Virus record (IMG/VR): IMGVR_UViG_3300014962_000002
Coordinates: 1 to 34,130 of that record
Origin: a virus
Length of the DNA stretch: 34,130 nt
Reading direction: 5' to 3' (one strand)
Shown: in pieces, positions 9,330 through 19,337 of the stretch
Position numbering within the stretch: position 1 is the first letter of the stretch
How the letters are laid out: each line of letters starts with the position of its first letter
Program-made: the position numbers and the translations under genes
The notes under the pieces: model-generated
What the model saw: only the letters and a program-made list of their open reading frames with translations
What the model was told of the DNA's origin: nothing
Databases searched by the model: none

Positions 9330-9694
9330 TATTCCCTTGTTTTAAATTCATTGTTAGATTGTCTTTGAGTGTATAAGTTTACGTTCTCATTCACCCATAC
9401 AAAACAAATACCCTGCTCGACCACTTCGCTATTATTCCCTGAATCATAAGCAGTTACTATGTAAGTATATTCATATTTCCCTTTCTCTGTTATCCCAAAA
9501 CTTGAATTAGTTGAGTTAATTACAAACTTGTTATAACGGTCAGGAAATGAACTTGTATCACTACCTAAATTAATTACTTTCTCAACTGCATTATTTCGAG
9601 TGAGTGAAAGTTGAAATGAAACTGCAGTAATTGTCAATCTTTCATTTAAAGTCAGGATTATAGTATTATTAACCCCTTGTTCTATATGAATCAT
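9329..9694 (-). CDS. hypothetical structural protein, 121 aa
   Basis: ORF; 1-nt TAATG overlap with the next gene. Confidence 0.55.
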   Translation of the reverse strand: MIHIEQGVNNTIILTLNERLTITAVSFQLSLTRNNAVEKVINLGSDTSSFPDRYNKFVINSTNSSFGITEKGKYEYTYIVTAYDSGNNSEVVEQGICFVWVNENVNLYTQRQSNNEFKTRE

Positions 9695-9724
9695 AATCTA
9701 AATACTTTTTTCTTAAAGTTGTCC

Positions 9725-9753
9725 AAAAAAAAAGAGGATGTAAAAACATCCCC
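9725..9753 (-). terminator. Intrinsic terminator after the tail-tube-like gene
   Basis: The minus strand reads ggggatg-ttttta-catcctc followed by T9. Confidence 0.75.
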
Positions 9754-9780
9754 TAATTTTATATTAACAGAAACCAAAGC

Positions 9781-10290
9781 CTAAGCAGTCAATCCTGAAA
9801 GTGAACCCGTAAACTCATAAGCGTGGAAAGGTTCCATACCTACAAATTTAAGTACATATCCGTTACGGTCGCCAAATGCAGTTCCCGTACTTGCAGACCC
9901 CCCATTTCTTTCAACTCCATTAGTTTTACCTAATAACCATGCTTTGCCGTTATTATCGACAACCACAGCAATTAGTCTATTTTGCCCTAATAGTTGAATT
10001 TCATCACGCATAGTTGTTGATAACTTAGCAATGAATAGTTCTATTTCTTGAGTAACGTATGACGTACCGTTTTGAATATTATCGTTGTATGTTTGGGTAA
10101 GGTATGCAGTTTCACGAACTAACTCATATTTTCTAAAAACTTTACCGCTTGCTTTTGTAATTGCTGTAATTACATTGCCCGTTAAAGTATAAGAAGAAAC
10201 ATTTGCAAATTCAATAAAATACATTTCCTTAAGCCCACCGACTGAATCTTTGCAGTCTAATGTATAACCCGATGTTAATGTACAAGACAT
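9781..10290 (-). CDS. major tail (tube)-like protein
   Basis: 169 aa, directly after the capsid gene and followed by a strong terminator. The pattern GY.LDCKDSVGG.K..YF...V.....G....I.......F.KYEL and the NGY.L.F.G.E end resemble tail-tube proteins of Bacteroidota siphoviruses as I recall them. Confidence 0.45.
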   Translation of the reverse strand: MSCTLTSGYTLDCKDSVGGLKEMYFIEFANVSSYTLTGNVITAITKASGKVFRKYELVRETAYLTQTYNDNIQNGTSYVTQEIELFIAKLSTTMRDEIQLLGQNRLIAVVVDNNGKAWLLGKTNGVERNGGSASTGTAFGDRNGYVLKFVGMEPFHAYEFTGSLSGLTA

Positions 10291-10319
10291 TTATTTGTGA
10301 TTTAAAAGTTAGTAAATAA

Positions 10320-10341
10320 GGGCAATCTTACGGGACTGCCC
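10320..10341 (-). terminator. Hairpin after the major capsid gene (weak or partial terminator)
   Basis: The minus strand reads gggcag-tcccgtaaga-ttgccc followed by ttatttact. Confidence 0.35.
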
Positions 10342-10347
10342 TATATA

Positions 10348-11556
10348 TTATGCTGTAAGTTGGAAACGTACAATTTCGTCAGGGAATGCTACGTTTACAC
10401 CAACTTTGAAAGCTGCAGCGTAACGATGTTCCATAGCTTCTTTTGCGTAGAAGAATTCAAACTTACCCTCTTCGTCAATCATGTCAACAGCCATAGCCAT
10501 GTTAGACAATCTCATTGCGTAAATCTCGTTCGTATCGTTCAAACCTTGCACCGCTTCGATGATTACGTTAGTACCATGTAACACAGTTTGGAACTTAGTT
10601 ATAGCATCATTTACAGCAGGATAATTAAACAAGTTAGCCGCAACTAAAGCCGCTTGATAACGACGTAAAACATCCATACCTACAAAGATTCTCAAGTCTT
10701 CTTTGTCTAACAATTTAGCAGGGATAAGATTGTAAACCGCTTGCAAGATAGAGATAACATTTGAAGATGTAATTGCAGTTACTGGATTACCACTATTTAC
10801 GTCTGTTGTAGCTGTTTGCGATGCCTTGTAGATGTTATAAGCACCTGCTGTTACTGCCGCTGCTGCATTAGCCGCCAATACAATTGTAGTAGCATTAGTA
10901 ATAGATGAAACAGTACCTAACAAAGTAGTGCCTGAATACAATTTATCGCCTGCTGCAACTTGTGTAGTAAACAATGTAGAAGAACCCGTTACAGATGTTG
11001 AATTGGTAGCACAAGTAATAGTTCCAGTACCTACTCGAGAATTAGAGATAATAGGAGTGCTAGTAGTTTTAATCAACTTAATAAAGCCATCCCATTTGTT
11101 AAGGTTAGCAGTACCTGAACCCGTATCACCTTGCCAAAGTGCTATCTCAACTTGTTGCGCTGTTAATCCAAGTTTCTTTTCAAAGAACTTCTCAGCCAAT
11201 GCAGTGAATAAGTCAGATTCAGACTCATACATTGAACCCATTGCCAACGCTTGAGATGTAAAGTAATCCTCTAAAGACTTAATACATAAAGCCTCTTGAA
11301 TCTTAACCTTACCAACAGTTACGTTACGTTGTGTAATTGTAGTCGTACCGCTTGCATTCCATCCGCCGCAACCATCTGCTTGAAATACTGAGTCTGTGTC
11401 GATAATGTTAATTGATTTTGAACTCTTTACACCTGCCATCAAGATACCCTTATCTTTGATTAATTGTGCAGTGCGTGCGCCTAATACTGCGCTTGTGTAA
11501 AATCTGTCAGGGTTTTGGTCAACCCATGCCGTTAATGATCCTAATGAAAAACTCAT
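10348..11556 (-). CDS. major capsid protein
   Basis: 402 aa following protease-like and scaffold-like genes; Ala/Thr/Gly-rich; followed by a hairpin. Confidence 0.65.
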   Translation of the reverse strand: MSFSLGSLTAWVDQNPDRFYTSAVLGARTAQLIKDKGILMAGVKSSKSINIIDTDSVFQADGCGGWNASGTTTITQRNVTVGKVKIQEALCIKSLEDYFTSQALAMGSMYESESDLFTALAEKFFEKKLGLTAQQVEIALWQGDTGSGTANLNKWDGFIKLIKTTSTPIISNSRVGTGTITCATNSTSVTGSSTLFTTQVAAGDKLYSGTTLLGTVSSITNATTIVLAANAAAAVTAGAYNIYKASQTATTDVNSGNPVTAITSSNVISILQAVYNLIPAKLLDKEDLRIFVGMDVLRRYQAALVAANLFNYPAVNDAITKFQTVLHGTNVIIEAVQGLNDTNEIYAMRLSNMAMAVDMIDEEGKFEFFYAKEAMEHRYAAAFKVGVNVAFPDEIVRFQLTA

Positions 11557-11562
11557 GTTTGT

Positions 11563-12246
11563 TTATTTTTTTAGTTGTGATTTAATAAAAGAACTTACGT
11601 CTGTTTTTTTTGCTTGAAATTTAAATGGTTCATTTTTGGTAATCGGTTCAGCCGTTGTGAAGTTTGATAAGACCTCATACATCTCTTTCAATAACTTCCC
11701 TTGACTTTCAACTGTTGCCTTCAAAGTCTCGACCTCGTTGTCTTTTTGGGTAAATACTTCTTTAGCTGTGTTCACTTGTTCGCTGAATTGCGAATAAGCT
11801 GCAATAGCTTGATTTCTTAATGCAGTTTCTTCTGCTTCTCTCATTTGCCAACCAAATGCATAATTCATCAACGCTTTACCAACAAGTTCAAGCCTTGCAA
11901 TCCTTTCTTCAGGTGTACCTACTGCAAATTGAGATACAGCCTTTTTCATGTCCTCTGTCGAAGGTTCTTGACCTTCAACTTGTGGAGTTTCAATGTTGGT
12001 AATTGTTCCGCTTTCATCAACGTAAATAGTTGAACCATCAGCAAGGTAAATTTCTCCTGCCTGACATGGTGTGCCATCTTGAGTCATACACTTACCGCCA
12101 ACTGCTAGAGTATCTATTTTTATTACTCCTCCGTCTTTAGTAGTGTATTCTTTTGGCTCTGTTGGCATCATAGGTTCGGCAAATGTTTCTTTATGCCTTT
12201 CCAAGAATGCAGCCAACGTTTTTAGTGCTTCTTTTTTAAGATTCAT
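11563..12246 (-). CDS. scaffolding-like protein
   Basis: Acidic; helical/coiled-coil C-terminal half; immediately upstream of the capsid gene. Confidence 0.5.
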   Translation of the reverse strand: MNLKKEALKTLAAFLERHKETFAEPMMPTEPKEYTTKDGGVIKIDTLAVGGKCMTQDGTPCQAGEIYLADGSTIYVDESGTITNIETPQVEGQEPSTEDMKKAVSQFAVGTPEERIARLELVGKALMNYAFGWQMREAEETALRNQAIAAYSQFSEQVNTAKEVFTQKDNEVETLKATVESQGKLLKEMYEVLSNFTTAEPITKNEPFKFQAKKTDVSSFIKSQLKK

Positions 12247-12276
12247 ATTATTTGATTTAAAGTAAATACTTAGTAA

Positions 12277-13152
12277 TTATGTTAGTGCCATTTTCAAAAT
12301 GTTTAGGAACTCTTCCCAAAATGCATCGTCTGCATTAATACCGAATGAACCCTCAATACTGAATCCTTTGAAGTTCCCTTCTTTGATTACTTGCCAAGCT
12401 TTCTCGTTTTCAACTTTGAAAGAACCAAACCAACTGCCATCTTTGCAATCTTCAAAACCCTTCATCGGCAATATCCCTCTTGACTTATCACTAATGAAAC
12501 TTTCAAACATGACAAACCCTTCGATTATTTCGCCATTGTGCATGAAGTTTACATTTTTTTGGAATCCCTTGTCAAAGAAATTAACCGCTATCTTTTCAAT
12601 CGTATCTTTTGAGAACGTACAATAATACTCGCCTCGTTTTGGATCGTTTCGATAAATAGGAGTATCTGCTAACATCAATGCGCCGCTAATTATTCTCCTA
12701 TCTTCATCTTGAATTGAGAAATTAGACTTATCAATCTGTTTTAGTTTTCTTTGCGCCCATTCAATACCTTCATCACCACCCCAAGCCAACCACATAAGCC
12801 TTCCGCATCCATCGCCTAACTCCTTATCGCTGTTTTGTCTATGACGTTCAAACGCTGCCATTCTTGCAATCGTATCTCTACTTATAGATTCACCTTTGGC
12901 AAGTTGGTTAGCTCGCTGTTTGCCTACATCTGTGCCACATTCACCCCATCCGTTTTCATCTGCCCATCTTAAAGCTATCTTAGCGTTTTCTTTAGCTGCT
13001 TCGGGATAGTCATTATAAGAGTCTGCAAAATCGCTAAAGGTTTGAAAGTTCTTTTTAATTGCAGGCGCATCGACAATAGCCACCGCATCAACTTCGAATT
13101 GTTCGCCATCAATAGTGAACTCTACTAATGGGAGTCCGTTATATGTATTCAT
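12277..13152 (-). CDS. XkdF-like putative prohead protease
   Basis: The C-terminal half (ALMLADTPIYRND....EYYCTFSKDTIEKIA..F.....Q..VN.MH) recalls the XkdF/S78-like family. Gene order is protease-scaffold-capsid. Confidence 0.4.
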   Translation of the reverse strand: MNTYNGLPLVEFTIDGEQFEVDAVAIVDAPAIKKNFQTFSDFADSYNDYPEAAKENAKIALRWADENGWGECGTDVGKQRANQLAKGESISRDTIARMAAFERHRQNSDKELGDGCGRLMWLAWGGDEGIEWAQRKLKQIDKSNFSIQDEDRRIISGALMLADTPIYRNDPKRGEYYCTFSKDTIEKIAVNFFDKGFQKNVNFMHNGEIIEGFVMFESFISDKSRGILPMKGFEDCKDGSWFGSFKVENEKAWQVIKEGNFKGFSIEGSFGINADDAFWEEFLNILKMALT

Positions 13153-13163
13153 AGTTATTATTT

Positions 13164-14795
13164 TTATCCGCCAAACTCGGCTGCTTGTTGAATCCTTCTT
13201 ATTCTGTTTTGGTTATCTGTAACATCTGACTCCACTACATACGCCCTAACCGTATTATTTTTCAACTCGTTAAGATTTTGATTTGTTAATTGAGTTGTTA
13301 CTACGTTGGTTTGTGGGCTGATAGGTGCTGTGCCTCCTGAACTAAATGAGTAACCGCCTGCACTTGGTGAACTACCGCCACCGCCTTTATTATTAGGTAC
13401 TTGTATAGATTGAATAGCTTTAACCCTTGCTAATCCTTGAACTACTGCCGTAGCTGCTGCAATAGCACCACGAATAGGACTTGACGCATCTGCTATTGGG
13501 CTAAATTGTGATTCATATGCTTTTTGTGCCGCTAAATACGTACTGATTAAAGTTGTGGCTATTGATAACGCTTTGCCCTCTGCTGTATTTCTACCTGCTA
13601 ACTCACCTGCCGCATCAGCAAGCCCACCTAATAAATCAGCATATTGTAAAGCAGTTTCATAGTTTTCTTGTGCAAGTGCTTTTTTGGCAATATTTAAATC
13701 TGACTCAACATTTATTTGGTCAACTTTTTTCTTTTCAGCAAGTCCTAATAAGTTAGCGTTTATCTGTTCGTTCCCTTTTACTTGAATAGCGTTTAACTCT
13801 TCGATATGTGCTGAATCTGCCTTTCTTTGTTCTTTTAATTCTTTTGCTCGTTTATCTGCTGCTACTTTTGCTGCTTCATCTCTTTTTGCCTTCTGCTCAT
13901 CTAAATACTTTTGCTCTTCGATTTTTAAAATTTCTAAAGCATTCTTAGTGTCTAGGATAATTTTACCCCATTCTTTCTCATTGTTCTTACCATAGTTTGC
14001 CCTCGCTTGTGCTAAATCATTTTCTAACTTTTCACGCTGTTTATTAAATGCGCCAACTTCATCACCTCTAGCTTTTAGTAATGCTATTTCTCTTTCTAAT
14101 TGTGCGCCATATTTATCAGTAGTTTTATTTAACTTTTCTAGTTGTCGGTCTGCTTCGCTTGTAATCCCTACAAAATCAGTCATTTTAGTAACTAGACCAC
14201 CGATATACTTTACGACCGTTTCAAGTCCAGGCAATAAATTATAAACCGCTTTTTTAAACGCTTCAAAGTTTGCCACTACTAAACCTAAACCAACTGCCAA
14301 AGCACCGATACCCGTTGCAATTATCGCACCTCTTAACGTAGAGAATGCAGATATTACTTGTGCCTTAATTACTGCCGCTAATTGAATGAATGAGTCTTTA
14401 GCTTCGCCTAATGTTTGCAAACCTTGAGAAAGTGCCATTGCAGACTGAACTTTCAAGAGTTGTTTCTCAAGTTCCTTAGATTCAGTACCGAACAAACCCA
14501 TAGCACCTTGAACCGCAGCGAATCCACCTGCCACCCCACTTAATGAAGCACTTAACGCTTTAAATTTTGCATCAGGATTAAACGCATCTGTTAACGCCTT
14601 AGCATCTCCTATTTTGTCTTTTAACTCGGCTGCTTTCTTTGCTGCATCTGCCGCTTCTTTAGATGTAACTCCAAACTTTTCAGCCATTGCAGCGACTTCC
14701 GCTTGTGCCTCTTTCAACTGACTTCTTAAACTACCTACTGCCTCACCTGCATTACTATCTACTTCAATCCGTAAGCCTACTACTTCATCTGCCAT
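13164..14795 (-). CDS. tape-measure-like protein (or ejection/internal protein)
   Basis: Ala/Lys/Glu-rich coiled-coil, a central hydrophobic stretch (GAIIATGIGALAVGLGLVVA) and a Gly-rich C-terminal region. Confidence 0.55.
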   Translation of the reverse strand: MADEVVGLRIEVDSNAGEAVGSLRSQLKEAQAEVAAMAEKFGVTSKEAADAAKKAAELKDKIGDAKALTDAFNPDAKFKALSASLSGVAGGFAAVQGAMGLFGTESKELEKQLLKVQSAMALSQGLQTLGEAKDSFIQLAAVIKAQVISAFSTLRGAIIATGIGALAVGLGLVVANFEAFKKAVYNLLPGLETVVKYIGGLVTKMTDFVGITSEADRQLEKLNKTTDKYGAQLEREIALLKARGDEVGAFNKQREKLENDLAQARANYGKNNEKEWGKIILDTKNALEILKIEEQKYLDEQKAKRDEAAKVAADKRAKELKEQRKADSAHIEELNAIQVKGNEQINANLLGLAEKKKVDQINVESDLNIAKKALAQENYETALQYADLLGGLADAAGELAGRNTAEGKALSIATTLISTYLAAQKAYESQFSPIADASSPIRGAIAAATAVVQGLARVKAIQSIQVPNNKGGGGSSPSAGGYSFSSGGTAPISPQTNVVTTQLTNQNLNELKNNTVRAYVVESDVTDNQNRIRRIQQAAEFGG

Positions 14796-14799
14796 ACAA

Positions 14800-16911
14800 T
14801 TATAAATTAAGTTTTAATAATTCTACTTTAGTTAAACCTTCTTGTTCGCTGTTATAGTCCACTACTTTATTAAGTCTGAAAATAACCCCATCAATGTATA
14901 TCGGTTTGCTAAAGTCTAAGTCTTTTATGTCTATTTTGTTTAAATACACATTTGCCACTAATAGCTTACTATCCTTATGGGTAATTTCTGCTAAATATGC
15001 ACTCCAATAAGAGTTGAATAAATTAGGTGGTACTGGCGCATTAAATCTATAATATAATTCTCTTGGTGCTTCCCAATCAATATCAAATGTTGGAGTATTA
15101 GGGTCATCAAAGTGCCCCATGTATCCGTATCCATCAAATGTTTCTTTGCCCGTATTTTTATGGAACTCCCAATTTGAAACTGGGTATATAAACTTAGAAA
15201 ATAATAATCTTATTTTAGTTCCCATTCTTCCCTCTGTTGCTCCATTGTCTGTTGACTTCCAAAAGATAGGGAACTTCTTTTCATTAGTATGCTCTGCGAA
15301 CATTGGTGTAGGACTAAATATTACTTTAGCTTCGCTTTTTTCTTTACTAAACTGATACTCGGAATCGAATATCTTTTCACCATAACCAATTCCATATTTC
15401 TCCTTATAAACAGTATTAATCCAATCACTATCAACATCATACCTAAACTCATAATAACGAGCGTTTAACTCACTCATAGGCTTTATTTTAAAAGCCGTTT
15501 TTCTGTCTATTTTATTACTCCAATCTATGGCAGTCGGCAAAGGGTAATAGTAATCAATGTAAGGAATAACTTTAAGTCCTTTCTCTTCATCTTTGTCCTC
15601 AATTATCATGCAGTTGAATAACTTTAAAACACTCGTTACAAAGTCAGTTAACTTAATGTTCTTAGGTATTTGATAATTCATATCTATCAATCCACCGTAT
15701 AATAATTTTTCAGGAAATTCAGCATGATTAGCACCTGCCCCACTTAAGACATAAGCGGTTGTTCCAATTATTAATGAAGATGAAGGCATATTTACATAAT
15801 TAAATACCAAAGCGCCTAATACTGAATTTGGAATTGAAGTCAAACCAATATTTAATTGAGAAGATAAATTCATATCGTAAGTAAACAATACATTGTTAAG
15901 ACTCGAACTTATTTTTACAAAAAAATAATCGTTATTATTTACACTTACATTATGAGTGAATTGAATAGCCTTAGAAGTAAATGCCCCATCAGTTGCAAAC
16001 CAAACATTTGATGCACTTGCTATTTGTGTACCATTCCTAAATAGTGAAATAGTTATAGTGGTATTAGTTGGTAATTGATATACGTTCTTTAAGTTATAAT
16101 TAAGTTGAAATGTTAGATTGTTAGTTGTTGGGTTTATATAAGTAATTAGATTTTTCTCAACAGTATTTCCTGAGATATTATTTGTAAACTTCAAATAAGC
16201 AGGCAAATACATATCGTCTTGATTATGTGGTATCACTAACCTATCAAACCAACTAATATTGGTAAGTGCCGACATATCCACGCTGTACTTGCTAACATCG
16301 AATATCTTTTCAAGGTACTCTTTTAGAAAGAATGCAGGTCTAAAGGCTTCGTATTTCCAATCATGCTTTAATTTAGGTGGTGGTGAAGGTTCAATCGAGC
16401 AGTTACCATAATCACCTAACCCAAAGAAAGGACCTGAACCAGCATTATTCCAACTTGTTTGAACGTTATACCATGTCCACGCTTGGTCATATGCACTGAA
16501 ATCTAAGTCAGATAAATACTTATTAGTAAGGTTGTAAAAGAAACCGCCTAACTCACCGAAAACACTACATTGATATTCTATTAATCCGTTTGTATTAGTT
16601 ACTTCTAAAACTCTGATAATACCTTTAAATACTTGGATCGAGTCGATTAGAACGATACAATTAGCTGGAACACCCGCATTGTAATTAGTCAGTACATTCG
16701 GAAGCCCACTAGAGTAATTTAGATTAATATTCAAATCCTCAACAAAGCCTAACAACTTTCTATTGGTAGCAGTTGCAGGAATAGTAATAGTTTTAGAAAA
16801 CGCTGTATTCTTTTTTGCAAAAGAACTTACATCGTCAACTTGGTAAGTGAATAACGCCCCTATACCCTCATAAATATCTAGTTCGTAACCTTCAATTAGT
16901 ATCTGTGTCAT
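14800..16911 (-). CDS. large tail/baseplate structural protein, 703 aa
   Basis: Size, beta-rich composition, position next to the tape-measure-like gene. Confidence 0.45.
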   Translation of the reverse strand: MTQILIEGYELDIYEGIGALFTYQVDDVSSFAKKNTAFSKTITIPATATNRKLLGFVEDLNINLNYSSGLPNVLTNYNAGVPANCIVLIDSIQVFKGIIRVLEVTNTNGLIEYQCSVFGELGGFFYNLTNKYLSDLDFSAYDQAWTWYNVQTSWNNAGSGPFFGLGDYGNCSIEPSPPPKLKHDWKYEAFRPAFFLKEYLEKIFDVSKYSVDMSALTNISWFDRLVIPHNQDDMYLPAYLKFTNNISGNTVEKNLITYINPTTNNLTFQLNYNLKNVYQLPTNTTITISLFRNGTQIASASNVWFATDGAFTSKAIQFTHNVSVNNNDYFFVKISSSLNNVLFTYDMNLSSQLNIGLTSIPNSVLGALVFNYVNMPSSSLIIGTTAYVLSGAGANHAEFPEKLLYGGLIDMNYQIPKNIKLTDFVTSVLKLFNCMIIEDKDEEKGLKVIPYIDYYYPLPTAIDWSNKIDRKTAFKIKPMSELNARYYEFRYDVDSDWINTVYKEKYGIGYGEKIFDSEYQFSKEKSEAKVIFSPTPMFAEHTNEKKFPIFWKSTDNGATEGRMGTKIRLLFSKFIYPVSNWEFHKNTGKETFDGYGYMGHFDDPNTPTFDIDWEAPRELYYRFNAPVPPNLFNSYWSAYLAEITHKDSKLLVANVYLNKIDIKDLDFSKPIYIDGVIFRLNKVVDYNSEQEGLTKVELLKLNL

Positions 16912-18128
16912 ATTAGTTGCTCGCCTACTGAAATTGTAATTTCTAAATTGAATATCTTATCAGCCCCATTAAATTTCTGCTTCCATTGGCTTGTCTCAAT
17001 TACACATGGATAAACTAAAGTAAAGTTAGGATTGTATTTTTCCACATATGCACTCGGTGTATTAATTAGCTGTTGTAGCCATTTATAATCTTGTTCGTTG
17101 ACGTAATCGGAAACTAGAGTGTATTTAGTTTTAATATTGTCAAAGAACACCGTTTCTTTTCTATCCTTAACGTAAGTAGTGAAGCCCGTTGTAGGTGAAA
17201 CATAGCCGCTATAATCGATAATTGAACTATTTAAAGCCGTTATCCCTTTACTTTTAAATGTCTTTCTTTCATTTTCAGTTTCCTCACGATTAATCGCACT
17301 AAAAGACATTGTTTCCCATGCGCCAAAACGATTGAGAAAATGAATCTGCATATCGTTATTTTTAACGCATTTGTAGTACACTCTAATATCTTCTAATTGT
17401 TCTCCTGATGGCTTTGCAATTTGTAAAAAATAGCTTGTTATCTGTGGGTCATCATTCCCATATATACCATAGTTTAAAGCCAAAGAACCTAGATTCAACT
17501 CTACACATTGCTTTGAAAGTGTTACATTAATCGTATCGCTATCATAAAGAGTATTCCCATAGTAATTATAATAATCAATCTGATGACTTGCAGGGGTACC
17601 GTTGTAAATATTGTTAAATGGTAAGTACAGATTCCTTTTTTGTGGGACTATAATATTTGTTAAATCCCTATCGCTTAAAACGGTGTATGTACTTGGATAA
17701 CTCGGTGTAATTACACTCGCTAAAATATCAGTATAGTAATAGTAAGCCTTTAAGGAATTAGGAGTTTGAATAGGGAAATGTTCCGAACCATTGTAATATT
17801 CTCCAAAACTATAAATTAGTCTTACATTAATTTTATCAGTTTGCCACGCCACTACTTCAAAACTTCCTTTAAACTTATTATTGAAGTAATTTAAAGCAAT
17901 CTTGGAAATATCAAACATTCCTTTCTTTGTCAATGGGTCAGGACTGAATCTAAACTTACCAATAGAAATAAAGCTATTAGGAGTTGCGCTATCAGGGTCG
18001 ATGTATGATATAACGACAATATACCTAAAATCAGACCATGTACTAGCAAGGTTTGAGTTTAAGTATATGTAGTTAGGACGTGATAATGCACACCCATTAC
18101 TCGGTTGTTGAAGTATTGTTATTGCCAT
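16908..18128 (-). CDS. tail/baseplate structural protein, 406 aa
   Basis: Position; 4-nt overlap with the downstream gene. Confidence 0.45.
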   Translation of the reverse strand: MAITILQQPSNGCALSRPNYIYLNSNLASTWSDFRYIVVISYIDPDSATPNSFISIGKFRFSPDPLTKKGMFDISKIALNYFNNKFKGSFEVVAWQTDKINVRLIYSFGEYYNGSEHFPIQTPNSLKAYYYYTDILASVITPSYPSTYTVLSDRDLTNIIVPQKRNLYLPFNNIYNGTPASHQIDYYNYYGNTLYDSDTINVTLSKQCVELNLGSLALNYGIYGNDDPQITSYFLQIAKPSGEQLEDIRVYYKCVKNNDMQIHFLNRFGAWETMSFSAINREETENERKTFKSKGITALNSSIIDYSGYVSPTTGFTTYVKDRKETVFFDNIKTKYTLVSDYVNEQDYKWLQQLINTPSAYVEKYNPNFTLVYPCVIETSQWKQKFNGADKIFNLEITISVGEQLI

Positions 18129-18763
18129 TTTCTAATAAATATTTTAATGTCATTACCTACTGCCATTGCTACCTTTGAAGCAAAGTCTTTATCAAATGTT
18201 TTAGCTGCTGCTTTTTCCATGTATTCTCTAGGCTTTATACCATATAGCTTGATTAACTTAGCCAACATATAAGCGTTTTGCTGTGCTATATCCTCAGACT
18301 TTTGCTCACGTTTAGTTATTGCTCTTTCTGTTCTAACTTGTAATCCCTTCACGCTGATATACTCACGCATATTATCCACCATTTTTCTTGAAGGGTTAGG
18401 GGTTTTAAATGAGTATCCTTTTACCGACGTTCCCGACTTAATACCTTTTACACCATAATTTACGAAACGCCAATGTATAGGCTCATTACTCTTTAAATAA
18501 CCAACTGAAAGTGAATATTTGCCGCCTTCATTGTCAATCGAGAAAGTAAGTAATTCTTTAATTGAACCTTTGTAAACTAATCCCTCCTCATTGATATATC
18601 CAAGTGCATTTTGGTAAAATACTTTGCCTCCATAGTGTGCAAGTATCTTTTCTAACTCAGGTAAGTTTTCATAATCCTTTTTTGCAGCCTCAACCGATTG
18701 CAAATTATTAGCAAGACTATCTAAGTAGTTTAGATTTTGTTTTTGTACTCTTGAAATACTCAC
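18119..18763 (-). CDS. hypothetical structural-module protein, 214 aa (GTG start, uncertain)
   Basis: ORF; the track start is GTG at 18763. Confidence 0.5.
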   Translation of the reverse strand: MSISRVQKQNLNYLDSLANNLQSVEAAKKDYENLPELEKILAHYGGKVFYQNALGYINEEGLVYKGSIKELLTFSIDNEGGKYSLSVGYLKSNEPIHWRFVNYGVKGIKSGTSVKGYSFKTPNPSRKMVDNMREYISVKGLQVRTERAITKREQKSEDIAQQNAYMLAKLIKLYGIKPREYMEKAAAKTFDKDFASKVAMAVGNDIKIFIRKWQ

Positions 18764-18801
18764 GTCTTAAATACAAAATCATGAGTTTTGGTACAAATAA
18801 G

Positions 18802-18864
18802 TTCGTCTAAAAACAGATACCTTAATTTTAATTAGACAAACTTTAGACAAACTTTAGACGAATA
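18802..18864. repeat. TTAGAC repeat cluster: three tandem 11-bp units plus one inverted copy
   Basis: ttagacaaact (18832-18842), ttagacaaact (18843-18853) and ttagacgaata (18854-18864). ttcgtctaaa at 18802-18811 is the exact reverse complement of tttagacgaa at 18853-18862. Confidence 0.85.
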
Positions 18865-18870
18865 AAACGC

Positions 18871-18900
18871 AAAAGGCGACACCAATCTTGTGATGCCGCC
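18871..18900 (-). terminator. Intrinsic terminator after the 18936-19274 gene
   Basis: On the minus strand an 8-bp stem (ggcggcau / guguCGCC, two G-U pairs) is followed by tttt-gcgtttta. Confidence 0.55.
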
Positions 18901-18935
18901 CTTCGAAAACTGAATTATCCGTATGGTATAATCAA

Positions 18936-19274
18936 TCAACTTTCAAATGTCTTTTCGTAATATTCAAGACCATCTGCCAAATCCATTTTATTTTGTTCTT
19001 CCATAAAGTTATCTTCTCCATTACTCCACGCTTCAATTATTTCTTGCTTATGCAATTCTTTTGCCTTTTGCAATATTTTATTATTGAACTCTTGGTCCTG
19101 ATTCCTATTATTAAGCATAAGAAATAACCAATCTATTGATGTTGTCTTTTTTTCAGGCTCAATTACTTTACTGTTTTTAACCTTGTTTCTATTATCACTA
19201 CAACTACAATAATAGAACCCACATACATGGCACAAATTTACGCCTATTTTAGCAAACATATCAAATATACTCAT
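18936..19274 (-). CDS. hypothetical protein, 112 aa, Cys-rich N-terminus
   Basis: CHVCGFYYCSC motif; bracketed by terminator hairpins on both sides. Confidence 0.6.
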   Translation of the reverse strand: MSIFDMFAKIGVNLCHVCGFYYCSCSDNRNKVKNSKVIEPEKKTTSIDWLFLMLNNRNQDQEFNNKILQKAKELHKQEIIEAWSNGEDNFMEEQNKMDLADGLEYYEKTFES

Positions 19275-19314
19275 GGTTATTTATTTTTGGTAAAGATAAT
19301 AAAAATAATAACAA

Positions 19315-19332
19315 AGGGACATTGATGTCCCT
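19315..19332. terminator. Perfect palindromic hairpin agggacat-tg-atgtccct
   Basis: 8-nt arms that are exact reverse complements; T-rich on the minus-strand downstream side. Confidence 0.5.
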
Positions 19333-19337
19333 ATCAT

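Noticed and set aside
5847-15355. Plus-strand ORFs inside the minus-strand structural genes (5847-6029, 6069-6323, 7672-7908, 10360-10581, 10928-11254, 11820-12002, 11845-12033, 12299-12625, 13553-13756, 15119-15355)
   Set aside because: All are antisense shadows of long, well-supported minus-strand genes, and their translations are low-complexity.
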